Below are positions 9,253-20,575 of a DNA stretch of 41,453 nucleotides, in pieces. How positions within the stretch are numbered: position 1 is the stretch's first letter; each line of letters starts with the position of its first letter. The position numbers were made by a program, and so were the translations under genes. The stretch comes from Candidatus Methylopumilus universalis (lineage in GTDB: Bacteria; Pseudomonadota; Gammaproteobacteria; Burkholderiales; Methylophilaceae), in contig CAMCTR010000001.1 of NCBI GenBank assembly GCA_945878605.1, positions 1 through 41,453 on the forward strand, in the 5' to 3' direction. The notes beneath the pieces are model-generated. The model was not told where the DNA came from, made no database searches, and worked only from the letters and a program-made list of their open reading frames with translations.

Positions 9253-11391
9253 CTATTCTATCTCCGCGACGACTTCTTTCTCTAGAATCTCTTCTGGGTA
9301 ATCCATGCACTCATCAATCAACTCAATCAATTCACGCACAATGAATTTACCTTCATATCCCGATGTTTTGAGCGCATCTTCAAACATGGTTAAGTCTTTA
9401 GGACAGCTGACAACAAAGACTTGTAAACCTTCAATCGTGCCCGCTTCATTCATACGGTTTTGAGATGGCTTCACTGTGCCGACTGGATCTGGAATCCAAA
9501 TACGGCCACCACCCGCACCACAACAGAATGAGTTGTCACGGTTACGGCCCATATCCACCAAATCACAACCTAACATTTTGATAATGTCGCGAGGCGCATC
9601 GTAGCCCTTGTTAAAGCGACCTAAATGGCATGGGTCATGGAAGGTGACGCGGTAATCCAGTTTCTTTTTAAGCTTAAGCTTGCCATCTTCCAACAGCTTT
9701 TTAACCACAGTGCTGTAATGCTGAATCTCGTAACTACCGCCAAAATCAGGGTATTCATTACGAATAGTGTTGTAAGAGTGTGGGTCAGTAGTGACAATAG
9801 AATTGAAGTCACAATCACTGAGCGACTGAATATTGGATGTCGCTAAGTACTCATACAATCCTTCTTCACCCACGCGTCGCACATCGTTACCCGCATTCAT
9901 TTCACCTTCAAATAGCAGACCAAAATCGACGCCTGCCGCATTCATCAACTTAGCAAAAGCCTGGGTGACTTTTTGGTTACGCGGATCGAATGAAGCGTAG
10001 TCACCTACAAACCAAAGAATATCAACTGGGTCTAACCGCGCATCTTTAATCTCGAACGATAAGTCTTTTGCCCAAGCCGCACGCTTACGTTTTGATTCAC
10101 CAAACGAGTTACCGCTCTTATGGATGGTTTGTAATGTCTTCTCTAGCAAGGGCTCCATCTCGCCTTGCTCAACCAAATGACGACGCATTTGTACAATGAT
10201 AGGCACATGCTCAACCGCAACAGGACAGATTTCAACACAAGCCAAACAAGTACGGCATGACCACAGGGTCTCCATAAAAACTTGACCAACATCTTTACCG
10301 TGAATATCAAGCTCAGCTTCTTTAGGAAGCTCTTTTTTATTCAATGCATTGTTAGCAAACTCACGTAAGGAAAGAATCACATCACGAGGGGATAAAGGTG
10401 CGCCTACAGCATTGGCAGGACAGGCCTCTTGGCAACGCCCACATTTTGTACAAGCATCAAGATGTAATAAGTTTTTCCATGTCAGGTCGGTAATTGCTTT
10501 ATAGCCTGCATTTTTTTGATCGTCTGGCACACGTGGTAAACGACGACCAGCTAGCGGATCTTTAAACATCAATGAGGCTGCAGCAGTAAAAATATGCTTA
10601 ATTTTGGTACGAGGAATCAAGGCAATAAAGGTGAGTGAAAGCAATCCGTGGAACCACCATAAACTTGGTCTGAATGCACTAGCACCCTCTGACGTCATTC
10701 CTAGCCCTTGCATTAAATGGGCTAGCGCTGCGCCAATCGGTGACCACATGCGGTAATCCCATACGGATGGACGTCCACTCAACCACACCAAGCGTGTGGC
10801 TTCTAGCACAAAACCTGTAATGCCTATCAAAATGAATGACCATAAGAACGCCCAGTCTTCACGACGATATTGTGGGCGATCGAAATCAGGGTCGCCAGGC
10901 TGACGATCTAAACGCGCGTAGCTTAACTTCGGCAAATTCAACCATTTACGGCGATACATCATGTATATCAAGCCAAGGATCAAACCAAAACCAGCGATGT
11001 CTAGCACCAATGAGAACCACAAGTAAAAATTCCCATACCAAAACTTAATGCCAAACAAAGGCTCAAGAATGTCATATTCCAAGGTAATGGTAGACGTACC
11101 AATAAATAACAAAACAAAGCCAAAGAAAATGAGGCCATGCGCACGGCCTGCTTTTTTATCGCGACGCACTAAGGTGCGATGGCTTCCCATGGTTTTAGCC
11201 ATGTCCCAAAAACGATGTAACAACTCGCCCCAAGAGCCATCATCTTTACCACGACGATATTTTCTAATTTGGGTATAAGTGCCATAAATAAAAATAGCAA
11301 TGGCGGAATAACCAAATGCATAAAAAAGATGGATGGTTTGAGGCTGAAAGTCCTCAAACAGGATGCGCGTAATTTCAATAGGATTGGTCAT
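9253..11391 (-). CDS. Membrane Fe-S oxidoreductase, FadF/EtfD/DgcB-like (cytochrome b + 2x[4Fe-4S] + CCG domains); probable ETF:quinone oxidoreductase
   Basis: N-terminal TM helices with His (AHGLIF, WWFHG, KIKHIF); CTKCGRCQEACP; CRTCLACVEICP; HDPCHLGR; SFCCGAGGG. Confidence 0.88.
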   Translation of the reverse strand: MTNPIEITRILFEDFQPQTIHLFYAFGYSAIAIFIYGTYTQIRKYRRGKDDGSWGELLHRFWDMAKTMGSHRTLVRRDKKAGRAHGLIFFGFVLLFIGTSTITLEYDILEPLFGIKFWYGNFYLWFSLVLDIAGFGLILGLIYMMYRRKWLNLPKLSYARLDRQPGDPDFDRPQYRREDWAFLWSFILIGITGFVLEATRLVWLSGRPSVWDYRMWSPIGAALAHLMQGLGMTSEGASAFRPSLWWFHGLLSLTFIALIPRTKIKHIFTAAASLMFKDPLAGRRLPRVPDDQKNAGYKAITDLTWKNLLHLDACTKCGRCQEACPANAVGAPLSPRDVILSLREFANNALNKKELPKEAELDIHGKDVGQVFMETLWSCRTCLACVEICPVAVEHVPIIVQMRRHLVEQGEMEPLLEKTLQTIHKSGNSFGESKRKRAAWAKDLSFEIKDARLDPVDILWFVGDYASFDPRNQKVTQAFAKLMNAAGVDFGLLFEGEMNAGNDVRRVGEEGLYEYLATSNIQSLSDCDFNSIVTTDPHSYNTIRNEYPDFGGSYEIQHYSTVVKKLLEDGKLKLKKKLDYRVTFHDPCHLGRFNKGYDAPRDIIKMLGCDLVDMGRNRDNSFCCGAGGGRIWIPDPVGTVKPSQNRMNEAGTIEGLQVFVVSCPKDLTMFEDALKTSGYEGKFIVRELIELIDECMDYPEEILEKEVVAEIE

Positions 11392-11424
11392 TTCGATACA
11401 CTCTTATTCGTTACTGAGGCCAAA

Positions 11425-11856
11425 TCAATCAACAAACTCACCAACTAGCGACGCGCTTGAATCGCGTCCAATAATGCCAGTCAGCAAACTATAGGTTTCA
11501 TTCCAGGCAGTTCTTACATCTTGCGTAAATGATTCTGCCAAGCGCTGTTCCAACGCCCACAACATGGCATTACGCACTACTGTTTCATAGCCGTCTTTAA
11601 TGCCGCGCTCAACGCGCTGCGCTGCGAAATCTTGCAACATAGGTAACACGCTATCCATCTGCCTGAGACTGGTCACTGCCATCCCAAGATTCCGCATTAA
11701 TCGTGCACCGTACTCTTGCAAATCTGTTTGATAAAACTGACGCAATTCAGGCGCCAATTCAAATAATCGTTGATAAAACATTTGAGCTACTTCGTGGTTT
11801 TTTTCATCCACCTTTTGCCACGAGGCCTGAACCAATGCAATCTGTGTTGGCGTCAT
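11425..11856 (-). CDS. Single-domain globin-fold protein lacking the proximal His
   Basis: LVQASW...MFYQRLFELAPELR...AMLWALEQRL...FTQDVRTAW globin pattern; F-helix reads FAAQRVERGI. Confidence 0.82.
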   Translation of the reverse strand: MTPTQIALVQASWQKVDEKNHEVAQMFYQRLFELAPELRQFYQTDLQEYGARLMRNLGMAVTSLRQMDSVLPMLQDFAAQRVERGIKDGYETVVRNAMLWALEQRLAESFTQDVRTAWNETYSLLTGIIGRDSSASLVGEFVD

Positions 11857-11888
11857 GATGTTTTTATCTTTATTTATCTAGAGAGGTT

Positions 11889-11912
11889 GTCACCGCGATA
11901 TTTTGCGGTGAC
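11889..11912. terminator. Hairpin between tmd and the globin gene (mRNA stabiliser or partial terminator)
   Basis: GTCACCGC-gatatttt-GCGGTGAC without a strong U tract. Confidence 0.5.
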
Positions 11913-11934
11913 GTTTCTCGTTAAAACCTAGAAA

Positions 11935-14163
<2,229 letters not shown>

Positions 14164-14208
14164 CTACTTGTTATAGTCTAAGTATTGTCTTCGCACCAAG
14201 CAGGAGCG

Positions 14209-14242
14209 ACAATTCTCACTACGGATTACCACCTTAGTGGTA
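14209..14242. promoter_or_regulatory. Operator upstream of tmd (tandem 7-2-7 box)
   Basis: ACAATTCTCACTACGGATTACCACCTTAGTGGTA; core TACCACC-TT-AGTGGTA; 28/34 identical to 16177-16210. Confidence 0.75.
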
Positions 14243-14287
14243 TTACTGGAAAAACCCGCTTGTGTGGGTATGCCATTTATGATTAAT

Positions 14288-14318
14288 AAAAAAGCGGCCA
14301 GTTTCCTAGCCGCTTTTT
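14288..14318 (-). terminator. Terminator of the APC permease gene
   Basis: AAAAAAGCGGC-cagtttccta-GCCGCTTTTT. Confidence 0.75.
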
Positions 14319-14352
14319 CTTACTTTTAGCTTTTAAGCGCTAACTAAAAGTT

Positions 14353-16008
14353 TTACAAGCTGTGCGTGAAGAATACCACCGCTACACCAACGATTAATAC
14401 AATGTAAGGCAAGACACCAGCACGACTAGAAACACCCGCCTCGTCATTTCCAATTTGCATGTCCTCAAGCATTGCTTTAGGGAATACGCCCTTATCTTGG
14501 ATGAAGTGTCTGAAGATAAATACAGGCACAATCAAAGTGGCCATAAACAGGCCTGTCTTCAATGTACCAGCACCCCAGATATCAGCACCCATTCCCATTA
14601 ACGCTAAGTTAACAAAACTCAACAAACCACCAAGAATCAATAAAATTGTTGGTGCTTTATATGGACGCTCCCAGTTTGGACGATCTAAACGATGAATCCA
14701 TCCTGCATTGAGGTTCAAGAAGTTAAAAATAATGTACCCAACATTAGAGGCTGCCAAGACAAATACATAATCAGACATCATCAGTAGCACTAGGTTGAAG
14801 CATAAATCTGTCCACATCGCCCGTGTTGGGGCACCGTGCTCATTCACGTGTGATAAGTACTTAGGCAACCAACCGTCAACAGATGCTTGGTAAAGCGTAC
14901 GTGATGAACCCGCCATTGAAGTCATGATAGACAACAACAATGCCAAAATGAGCATTACCACCAAAACTGCAGCAACGATAGAACCGCCACCCAACATGTC
15001 AGATAGTACTGCAGCAACACCCATACCACTGTAAATATCCGGCGCTAACATGCCGTCATATACCGCCGCGGTGGTAACTGCACCAGCTGCATCAACTACT
15101 GCTGGCGAAACCATGTGACCTAGACCCAAATGACCTTGGAATGCGATAGGCACTAAAGTGAACACTGCAATACAGAGTAAACCTGAGTAGAAAATTGCTT
15201 TGAAAGTATCAGTTTTAGGATTTTTGAACTCACGGGTGTAACAAACTGCAGTTTCAAAACCATAAGTTGACCATGCAGCAATGAATAGACCACCTGCCAT
15301 CAATTTCCAGCCTTCAATATCCCAGATACCATCAATCACACTGCCATCAGCACCATGTGCTAAAGGCGCAAGTGGGAAAAAATTACCTTGTGGAATATCG
15401 CCGGTGATGATTGGTACAAGCCCAATCAGAATTAGCGGCACTAGCCCTGCAAGCCCTAAGATTAAAGTTGCTTTTGCTGAACGTAAGATACCACCGTGTT
15501 GAATTGCGAATACACTTAATAACACCGCAGCACCCAATACAAACGTAGCATTGATACGAAGGAGCAATCCTTCTTTTACACCGCTTAAATCTAGCAACGT
15601 AATTTGCCAAGTATTAATAACGGCATCAGGCGCAAACAAAGCACTTAAAATGTACCCTGCCGCCAAGCCCGATCCAATGGCCAGCACAGGCGACCAAGCA
15701 AACCAATTACACCAGACCGAAACAGGCGCAACAAATTTACTGTAGCGTACCCAAGCAACCGCACCATATACAGATGCTCCGCCAGATTTGTGCGGAAACA
15801 AGCCCGCAATTTCAGCGTAAGTAAACGCTTGAATAAAACCAAAACCGATCGACAACATCCACACTAGCCATGAGGGCTTACCTACGGTTGCCGCAATCGC
15901 ACCAATTGAAAACAAAACAAGCGCAGGAACACCACTTGCCACCCAAAACGCACCTTGCCAGCCAATCTTACGCTGCAGGGTTGCGCTATCTCCCGAAGAA
16001 TTACTCAA
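14353..16008 (-). CDS. APC-family permease (probable methylated-amine transporter)
   Basis: YAEIAGLFPHKSGGASVY, WSTYGFE, GSSRTLY, RPYKAP; TTG start with GGGGA RBS; directly upstream of tmd. Confidence 0.85.
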   Translation of the reverse strand: MSNSSGDSATLQRKIGWQGAFWVASGVPALVLFSIGAIAATVGKPSWLVWMLSIGFGFIQAFTYAEIAGLFPHKSGGASVYGAVAWVRYSKFVAPVSVWCNWFAWSPVLAIGSGLAAGYILSALFAPDAVINTWQITLLDLSGVKEGLLLRINATFVLGAAVLLSVFAIQHGGILRSAKATLILGLAGLVPLILIGLVPIITGDIPQGNFFPLAPLAHGADGSVIDGIWDIEGWKLMAGGLFIAAWSTYGFETAVCYTREFKNPKTDTFKAIFYSGLLCIAVFTLVPIAFQGHLGLGHMVSPAVVDAAGAVTTAAVYDGMLAPDIYSGMGVAAVLSDMLGGGSIVAAVLVVMLILALLLSIMTSMAGSSRTLYQASVDGWLPKYLSHVNEHGAPTRAMWTDLCFNLVLLMMSDYVFVLAASNVGYIIFNFLNLNAGWIHRLDRPNWERPYKAPTILLILGGLLSFVNLALMGMGADIWGAGTLKTGLFMATLIVPVFIFRHFIQDKGVFPKAMLEDMQIGNDEAGVSSRAGVLPYIVLIVGVAVVFFTHSL

Positions 16009-16176
16009 TTTATATCCCCTTTTTTTGACGTCATAACTTACATCAATTCAGACCTTAGTTGGTTTAACAAAACTACATCACCTAGGCCGGCCACTCTTAA
16101 TTATAAAAATTTTGATACGAAAAATAAAAACCTTTTCCGCATTAGGACCTATTTTGATGACAAGCACGAGGTCTCT

Positions 16177-16210
16177 ACAATTCTCAATAGGGATTACTCC
16201 CTAAGGGGTA
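16177..16210. promoter_or_regulatory. Operator upstream of the APC permease (tandem 7-2-7 box)
   Basis: ACAATTCTCAATAGGGATTACTCCCTAAGGGGTA; core TACTCCC-TA-AGGGGTA. Confidence 0.75.
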
Positions 16211-16244
16211 GCGCTTAGCATTCAATCAACCCCTTCTTGGGCGA

Positions 16245-16274
16245 TACTTCTTAAGTGTTACCTCTTCAAGGTTA
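16245..16274. promoter_or_regulatory. Tandem 7-2-7 boxes upstream of the truncated-haemoglobin operon
   Basis: TACTTCT-TA-AGTGTTA overlapping TACCTCT-TC-AAGGTTA at a 14-bp period. Confidence 0.6.
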
Positions 16275-16333
16275 TAAATAGCAAAGCTTGATAGTGATAT
16301 GATACTAAAGTAGTTTTTAAAAAAGTGAAATAA

Positions 16334-16741
16334 ATGATGATGACGCTTGCGACAGCCAGTTTATATGAAGAAATTGGCGGTGATAAAGGAGTTTGGCATC
16401 TGGTTGATACTTTTTATAATATCGTCGAAACAGACAATAAAGCTAAAAAATTACTCATTCATCATTTAAGAGGAAGTGGTATAGCCAACGCTAAAAAAGA
16501 ACAACACTTATTTATGTCTGGATTTTTAGGCGGGCCTAAGTTTTATCTAGAGAAGCATGGACACGCCGACCTTAAAACGATGCATGCGCATGTCGCTGTG
16601 GATGAAGAGTCAAAAGATATTTGGCTAAGTTGCATGAAAAAAGCCATGAATGAAGTTGCGATAACAGAAGCTAATCAAGAAAAACTGATGCGCATTTTTA
16701 CACCCGTGGCTGAGCGACTCGTTAATCACGTAAGTGCTTAA
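16334..16741 (+). CDS. Group II truncated (2/2) haemoglobin
   Basis: LYEEIGG, FY (B9-B10), FLGGP, proximal His in LKTMH, Trp G8 in DIWLSCM; exact start among three ATGs is uncertain. Confidence 0.9.
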   Translation: MMMTLATASLYEEIGGDKGVWHLVDTFYNIVETDNKAKKLLIHHLRGSGIANAKKEQHLFMSGFLGGPKFYLEKHGHADLKTMHAHVAVDEESKDIWLSCMKKAMNEVAITEANQEKLMRIFTPVAERLVNHVSA

Positions 16742-16776
16742 GCCTAATCAACCAACAAAGATTAAAGAGTATCGCC

Positions 16777-17835
16777 ATGTCCAACCAAACACCTACAGCG
16801 TTATCACTTGCCCTCAACCGTCATTATGATCGCAGTCAACGATGGGGCTTTGCTTGGGCACTTTGGACCGCCATTTTATGGGGTGCTTGGTACGTACCAG
16901 GCACTGCCTTGTGGTCTGAACACCCCTATGTAGATATTCCTGCAGATGCCCAATCATTGCGTCTTGCAGCAACAGCCGTCATGACTTGGGTGCATGCTAT
17001 TACCGTATTTTTATTCTTACTCCTCTGGAATGCAGTTTTAGGCAAAGTGAAAGATTACGGACGCACCATCGTACGTTTCCGTAAAATCTCCAAATGGTAT
17101 GCGCTTGCCTCTTTATGTGGCGGACCTATGGCAATTTTTGGTTCTTATATGGCAATGGGGTTTATTGGTCCAGTATTTGCGGCGGTCACATCGCTTTTCT
17201 ATCCTGTCATTGGCGCAGTGATTGCAAGGCTTTGGTATAAAGAGAAAATATCAACGCGCGCCGCAATCGGTATGGCCATCATTATTTTTGGTGGGGTCGT
17301 CATTTACGGCCCAAGTATGTTTGGCGAAATGGACCCTAACAATCACCACGCTTGGCTTGGCTATTTAGGCGGCATCATGTCTGCCATTGGCTGGGGTGCA
17401 GAAGGTGCAGTGGCAGGGAGAGCCATGGATGTTTCAGATCCTGACGTGGGAATTCACTGCCGTTTCACTTTTGAAATTGCTTTTTGGGGCGTCTTTATTT
17501 TGCCTTTCTTAGCCATATTTACTGACTTGCCTATTAAAGATTTAATCGTCGGCACTGTAACGCACGGAAATGCCATGCTATGGATTACCTTAGCAGCCGC
17601 CTGCCATGCTTATTGCTACACCGCTTTTTATAAGAGTTTTAGTTTGATAGGCGTTGGCCGAGGTGAGGCGATTGGCAATTTATATGCCGTGTTCGCGCTT
17701 ATCTTTATTGCGGCATTCACATTACAACTTCCTGAGTGGTATTTCTTTGTTGGCTTAGTACTGACCGTACTAGGAAGCTTTGTGATGTTCAGTGAGTCGG
17801 CAGAGTCGGTTTCTGAACTACGAGACCACTCTTAA
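16777..17835 (+). CDS. DMT/EamA-superfamily transporter
   Basis: About 10 TM segments in two repeats; YPVIG, YKEKI, IGVGRG. Confidence 0.8.
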   Translation: MSNQTPTALSLALNRHYDRSQRWGFAWALWTAILWGAWYVPGTALWSEHPYVDIPADAQSLRLAATAVMTWVHAITVFLFLLLWNAVLGKVKDYGRTIVRFRKISKWYALASLCGGPMAIFGSYMAMGFIGPVFAAVTSLFYPVIGAVIARLWYKEKISTRAAIGMAIIIFGGVVIYGPSMFGEMDPNNHHAWLGYLGGIMSAIGWGAEGAVAGRAMDVSDPDVGIHCRFTFEIAFWGVFILPFLAIFTDLPIKDLIVGTVTHGNAMLWITLAAACHAYCYTAFYKSFSLIGVGRGEAIGNLYAVFALIFIAAFTLQLPEWYFFVGLVLTVLGSFVMFSESAESVSELRDHS

Positions 17836-17853
17836 AAGAAAAGGATATATCAA

Positions 17854-18132
17854 ATGAAACTACATCAAAAAGGGTTCTTACTCGTCGCCTTAAGCAAGGC
17901 AGACAGCCTATGGGATGAGTCATTGATCGCGCAAACTTTTGAAGAGTACGGAAGTGCTGGTGAGTATGCTGAAAACACTATTCGCATTGCATTAGACGAA
18001 TTAGCTGCTGGCGGACTCATTACTCGGCTAGAAGAAAAACTGGATGTTAAAAATGGCAGGCAAAAACTGATTTTCAAATATCAGTTATCTAATTTTGGCA
18101 GATCAAGAATGCAAGACACAGGTTTGCTTTAA
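17854..18132 (+). CDS. Small winged-helix-like protein
   Basis: RBS AAGGA; IRIALDELAAGGLI...YQLSNFG resembles a PadR/MarR-type recognition helix and wing. Confidence 0.65.
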   Translation: MKLHQKGFLLVALSKADSLWDESLIAQTFEEYGSAGEYAENTIRIALDELAAGGLITRLEEKLDVKNGRQKLIFKYQLSNFGRSRMQDTGLL

Positions 18133-18152
18133 ACTAATTATAAAGGATTTTT

Positions 18153-18269
18153 ATGAGTACATTTTGGGGATATGCTGGCGCTGACGTGCTAGCCATTGTA
18201 ATTATTGGTGGTGCAAGTTTTATTTGTTTAATCTGCGCTAGAAAATTCGTTAGCCATTACCAGGATTAA
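18153..18269 (+). CDS. 38-aa single-TM peptide (below the ORF-track cutoff)
   Basis: AAAGGA RBS then MSTFWGYAGADVLAIVIIGGASFICLICARKFVSHYQD*; last gene of the operon. Confidence 0.7.
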   Translation: MSTFWGYAGADVLAIVIIGGASFICLICARKFVSHYQD

Positions 18270-18296
18270 TCAATTCTGGGATTAATAATGCTAGGA

Positions 18297-19487
18297 CTAA
18301 TTAATGTTAGGCCTAATAAACTCAAGCACTTCTAAGCCAAAACCAGCCATGCTACTAATTCTGCGTGGTTCTGCCATCAAACTCATTTTCGTCACACCCA
18401 AATCACCTAGTATTTGTGCGCCAATGCCGTAATCTTTGAGCGTATGTTTGTTGCTCATCGTTTGCTCTGCAGACTGTATCGTGCGTAACAAGTCTTCACT
18501 GCTTTCTTGGCGTCTAAGCATCACCATCACACCTGCACCCGCATCAGCAATCGCCTTCATTGCGTGCGGAACACTCCAACTATGATGCTGACTATTTGCG
18601 TCTAGCAAATCGAATACTGACAAAGGCTCATGCACCCGCACCATCACGCTCTCATGCTGCGCAACATCGCCTTTGACCAATACCAAATGCGTTTCGTTGG
18701 CTGTTGCATCATGAAAAGCCACCAAGTTAAAAGCACCATAAGGCGTTTGAACCATGCGCTCAGCAACTCGAGTCACCAAGCGTTCAGTTTGGCTACGATA
18801 ATTAATTAAATCGGCAATGGTGCCTATTTTTAAATCATGTGCTGCGGCAAATGTTACAAGTTCTGGCAGTCTCGCCATTTCGCCATCATCTTTTAAAATC
18901 TCACAAATCACCGCAGCAGGGGTTAGACCCGCTAACTCAGCTATATCACAACCTGCTTCCGTATGGCCTGCACGCGCTAAGACGCCGCCCTTTTGAGCCA
19001 TTAAAGGAAACACATGACCAGGGCTGACAATATCCTCTGACTTCGCTTCTAGTTGCACTGCCGTCAAAATAGTATGTGCTCTATCCGCCGTTGAAATGCC
19101 AGTCGTGACGCCAGCTGCAGCTTCAATTGACGCTGTAAAATTTGTGCCCATTTTGGCGCCATTGCGTTGCACCATAGGCGATAAATTAAGTTGTTTACAT
19201 CGATCTTCAGTCAGGGTTAAGCAAATTAACCCTCGGCCATATGTCGCCATAAAGTTGATATGGTCTGCTGTGACAAATTCCGCAGCAACAATTAAATCGC
19301 CTTCGTTTTCACGATCTTCTTCATCGACCAAAACCACCATTTTACCAAGGCGAATATCTTCGATGATGGCTGCAATTGGACTAATTACCACAGCTTGATG
19401 GATATTTTCGACGCTATATTTATCAGCGCTTAGTTGATCCATCATCAGAAGCGTGGCATCTAAAAATAGAGGATTCATGTCATTCAT
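18297..19487 (-). CDS. ribBX: DHBP synthase fused to a degenerate GTP cyclohydrolase II domain (RibBX type); true start probably downstream
   Basis: RibB motifs DEEDRENEGD, TGISTADR, PGHVFPL and RAGHTEA are intact; RibA domain reads RVHEPLSVFDLL with no Zn-binding Cys. Confidence 0.88.
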   Translation of the reverse strand: MNDMNPLFLDATLLMMDQLSADKYSVENIHQAVVISPIAAIIEDIRLGKMVVLVDEEDRENEGDLIVAAEFVTADHINFMATYGRGLICLTLTEDRCKQLNLSPMVQRNGAKMGTNFTASIEAAAGVTTGISTADRAHTILTAVQLEAKSEDIVSPGHVFPLMAQKGGVLARAGHTEAGCDIAELAGLTPAAVICEILKDDGEMARLPELVTFAAAHDLKIGTIADLINYRSQTERLVTRVAERMVQTPYGAFNLVAFHDATANETHLVLVKGDVAQHESVMVRVHEPLSVFDLLDANSQHHSWSVPHAMKAIADAGAGVMVMLRRQESSEDLLRTIQSAEQTMSNKHTLKDYGIGAQILGDLGVTKMSLMAEPRRISSMAGFGLEVLEFIRPNIN

Positions 19488-19494
19488 ACAATCA

Positions 19495-20313
19495 CTACTT
19501 ACCTGCTATCACTGCAAAGGCTGAGTGATTATGGATAGATTCAAAATTCTCACATTCAACGGTATAAGCGCCAACACGAGACTCTGCATTGAGCTTTGCC
19601 GCCACATCGCGCACCATGTCTTCAACGAATTTAGGATTATCATAAGCGTGCTCGGTGACATATTTTTCATCTGGACGTTTGAGTAAGCCATATAACTGGG
19701 CTGAAGCTTGGGACTCAACCAAATTAATGATGTCTTCAATATGGATATCACCCAACACCTTGGCGCTGACGGTGACATGAGAGCGCTGATTATGGGCGCC
19801 ATAATTAGAGATCTTTTTAGAGCATGGGCACAAGCTAGTCACAGGCACTAATACTTTAAGCGTGATACTTTTTATATGGTCAATGCTAATCTCACCTAGC
19901 AGACTCACTTCGTAATCCATCAAGCTCTTAACGCCAGACACTGGCGCTGTTTTATTCACAAAGTATGGAAACTGCATTTCGATACGGCCAGTATTTGTCT
20001 CTAGCTTCTGTGCCATATGACTGAGCATTTCAGAAAAAGCCGCAAGGCTAAAAGCTTGTTCATTTTCATTCAAAATCTCAACAAAGCGCGACATATGGGT
20101 GCCTTTAACATCATGCGGCAATGCCACAAGCATATTAAAGTTCGCGATGCTATGTTGAACATCACCTGCTTTATCTTGGATTTTAATCGGGTGTCGAATA
20201 CCCTTGATGCCAACTCTATCAATCGCAATTGCACGAACGTCAGGTAAATTCTGAACATCTTCCATTGTGCTTGGATGGAGGTGTTGTGGAGAAAAATCAA
20301 CAGGTAAATTCAT
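19495..20313 (-). CDS. folE2: GTP cyclohydrolase IB
   Basis: [45 protein letters not shown]. Confidence 0.95.
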   Translation of the reverse strand: MNLPVDFSPQHLHPSTMEDVQNLPDVRAIAIDRVGIKGIRHPIKIQDKAGDVQHSIANFNMLVALPHDVKGTHMSRFVEILNENEQAFSLAAFSEMLSHMAQKLETNTGRIEMQFPYFVNKTAPVSGVKSLMDYEVSLLGEISIDHIKSITLKVLVPVTSLCPCSKKISNYGAHNQRSHVTVSAKVLGDIHIEDIINLVESQASAQLYGLLKRPDEKYVTEHAYDNPKFVEDMVRDVAAKLNAESRVGAYTVECENFESIHNHSAFAVIAGK

Positions 20314-20369
20314 GACAATTGCTTGATCTGTTCTTTAAAAAATGGGCATACCTACAAAAAACTCCCTCT

Positions 20370-20510
20370 AAAAAAAGAGAAGGCGGCTGATTTCATGTAT
20401 TCGCCATGATTGAGCTGTTTAGCCAACCACCTTCAAAATACTGATTAAACAATCAGTGAGGAGATGAGTATGTTTAAAGCGACCATAATCGTCACTAAAA
20501 ATCATGCTCA
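20370..20510 (-). promoter_or_regulatory. Structured leader upstream of folE2, ending in a terminator-like stem
   Basis: Three successive stems; last is GAAGGUGGUUGG/UCAGCCGCCUUC followed by UC-U7. Confidence 0.45.
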
Positions 20511-20575
20511 TGTGTACATTGAGCTTTTATAAGAGCGCTAGCAATTCCCTTTAAGTCTTACTTCTTTGGGGGTAT

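Noticed and set aside
20370-20510. Known FMN, ZTP or THF riboswitch
   Set aside because: Conserved core sequences of those families were not found by eye; kept only as an unclassified structured leader.
20464-20532. 20-22 codon + strand ORF after GAGGAG (MFKATIIVTKNHAHVYIELL)
   Set aside because: Antisense to the surrounding operons and coincident with stems of the folE2 leader; no independent support, though Ribo-seq could rescue it.
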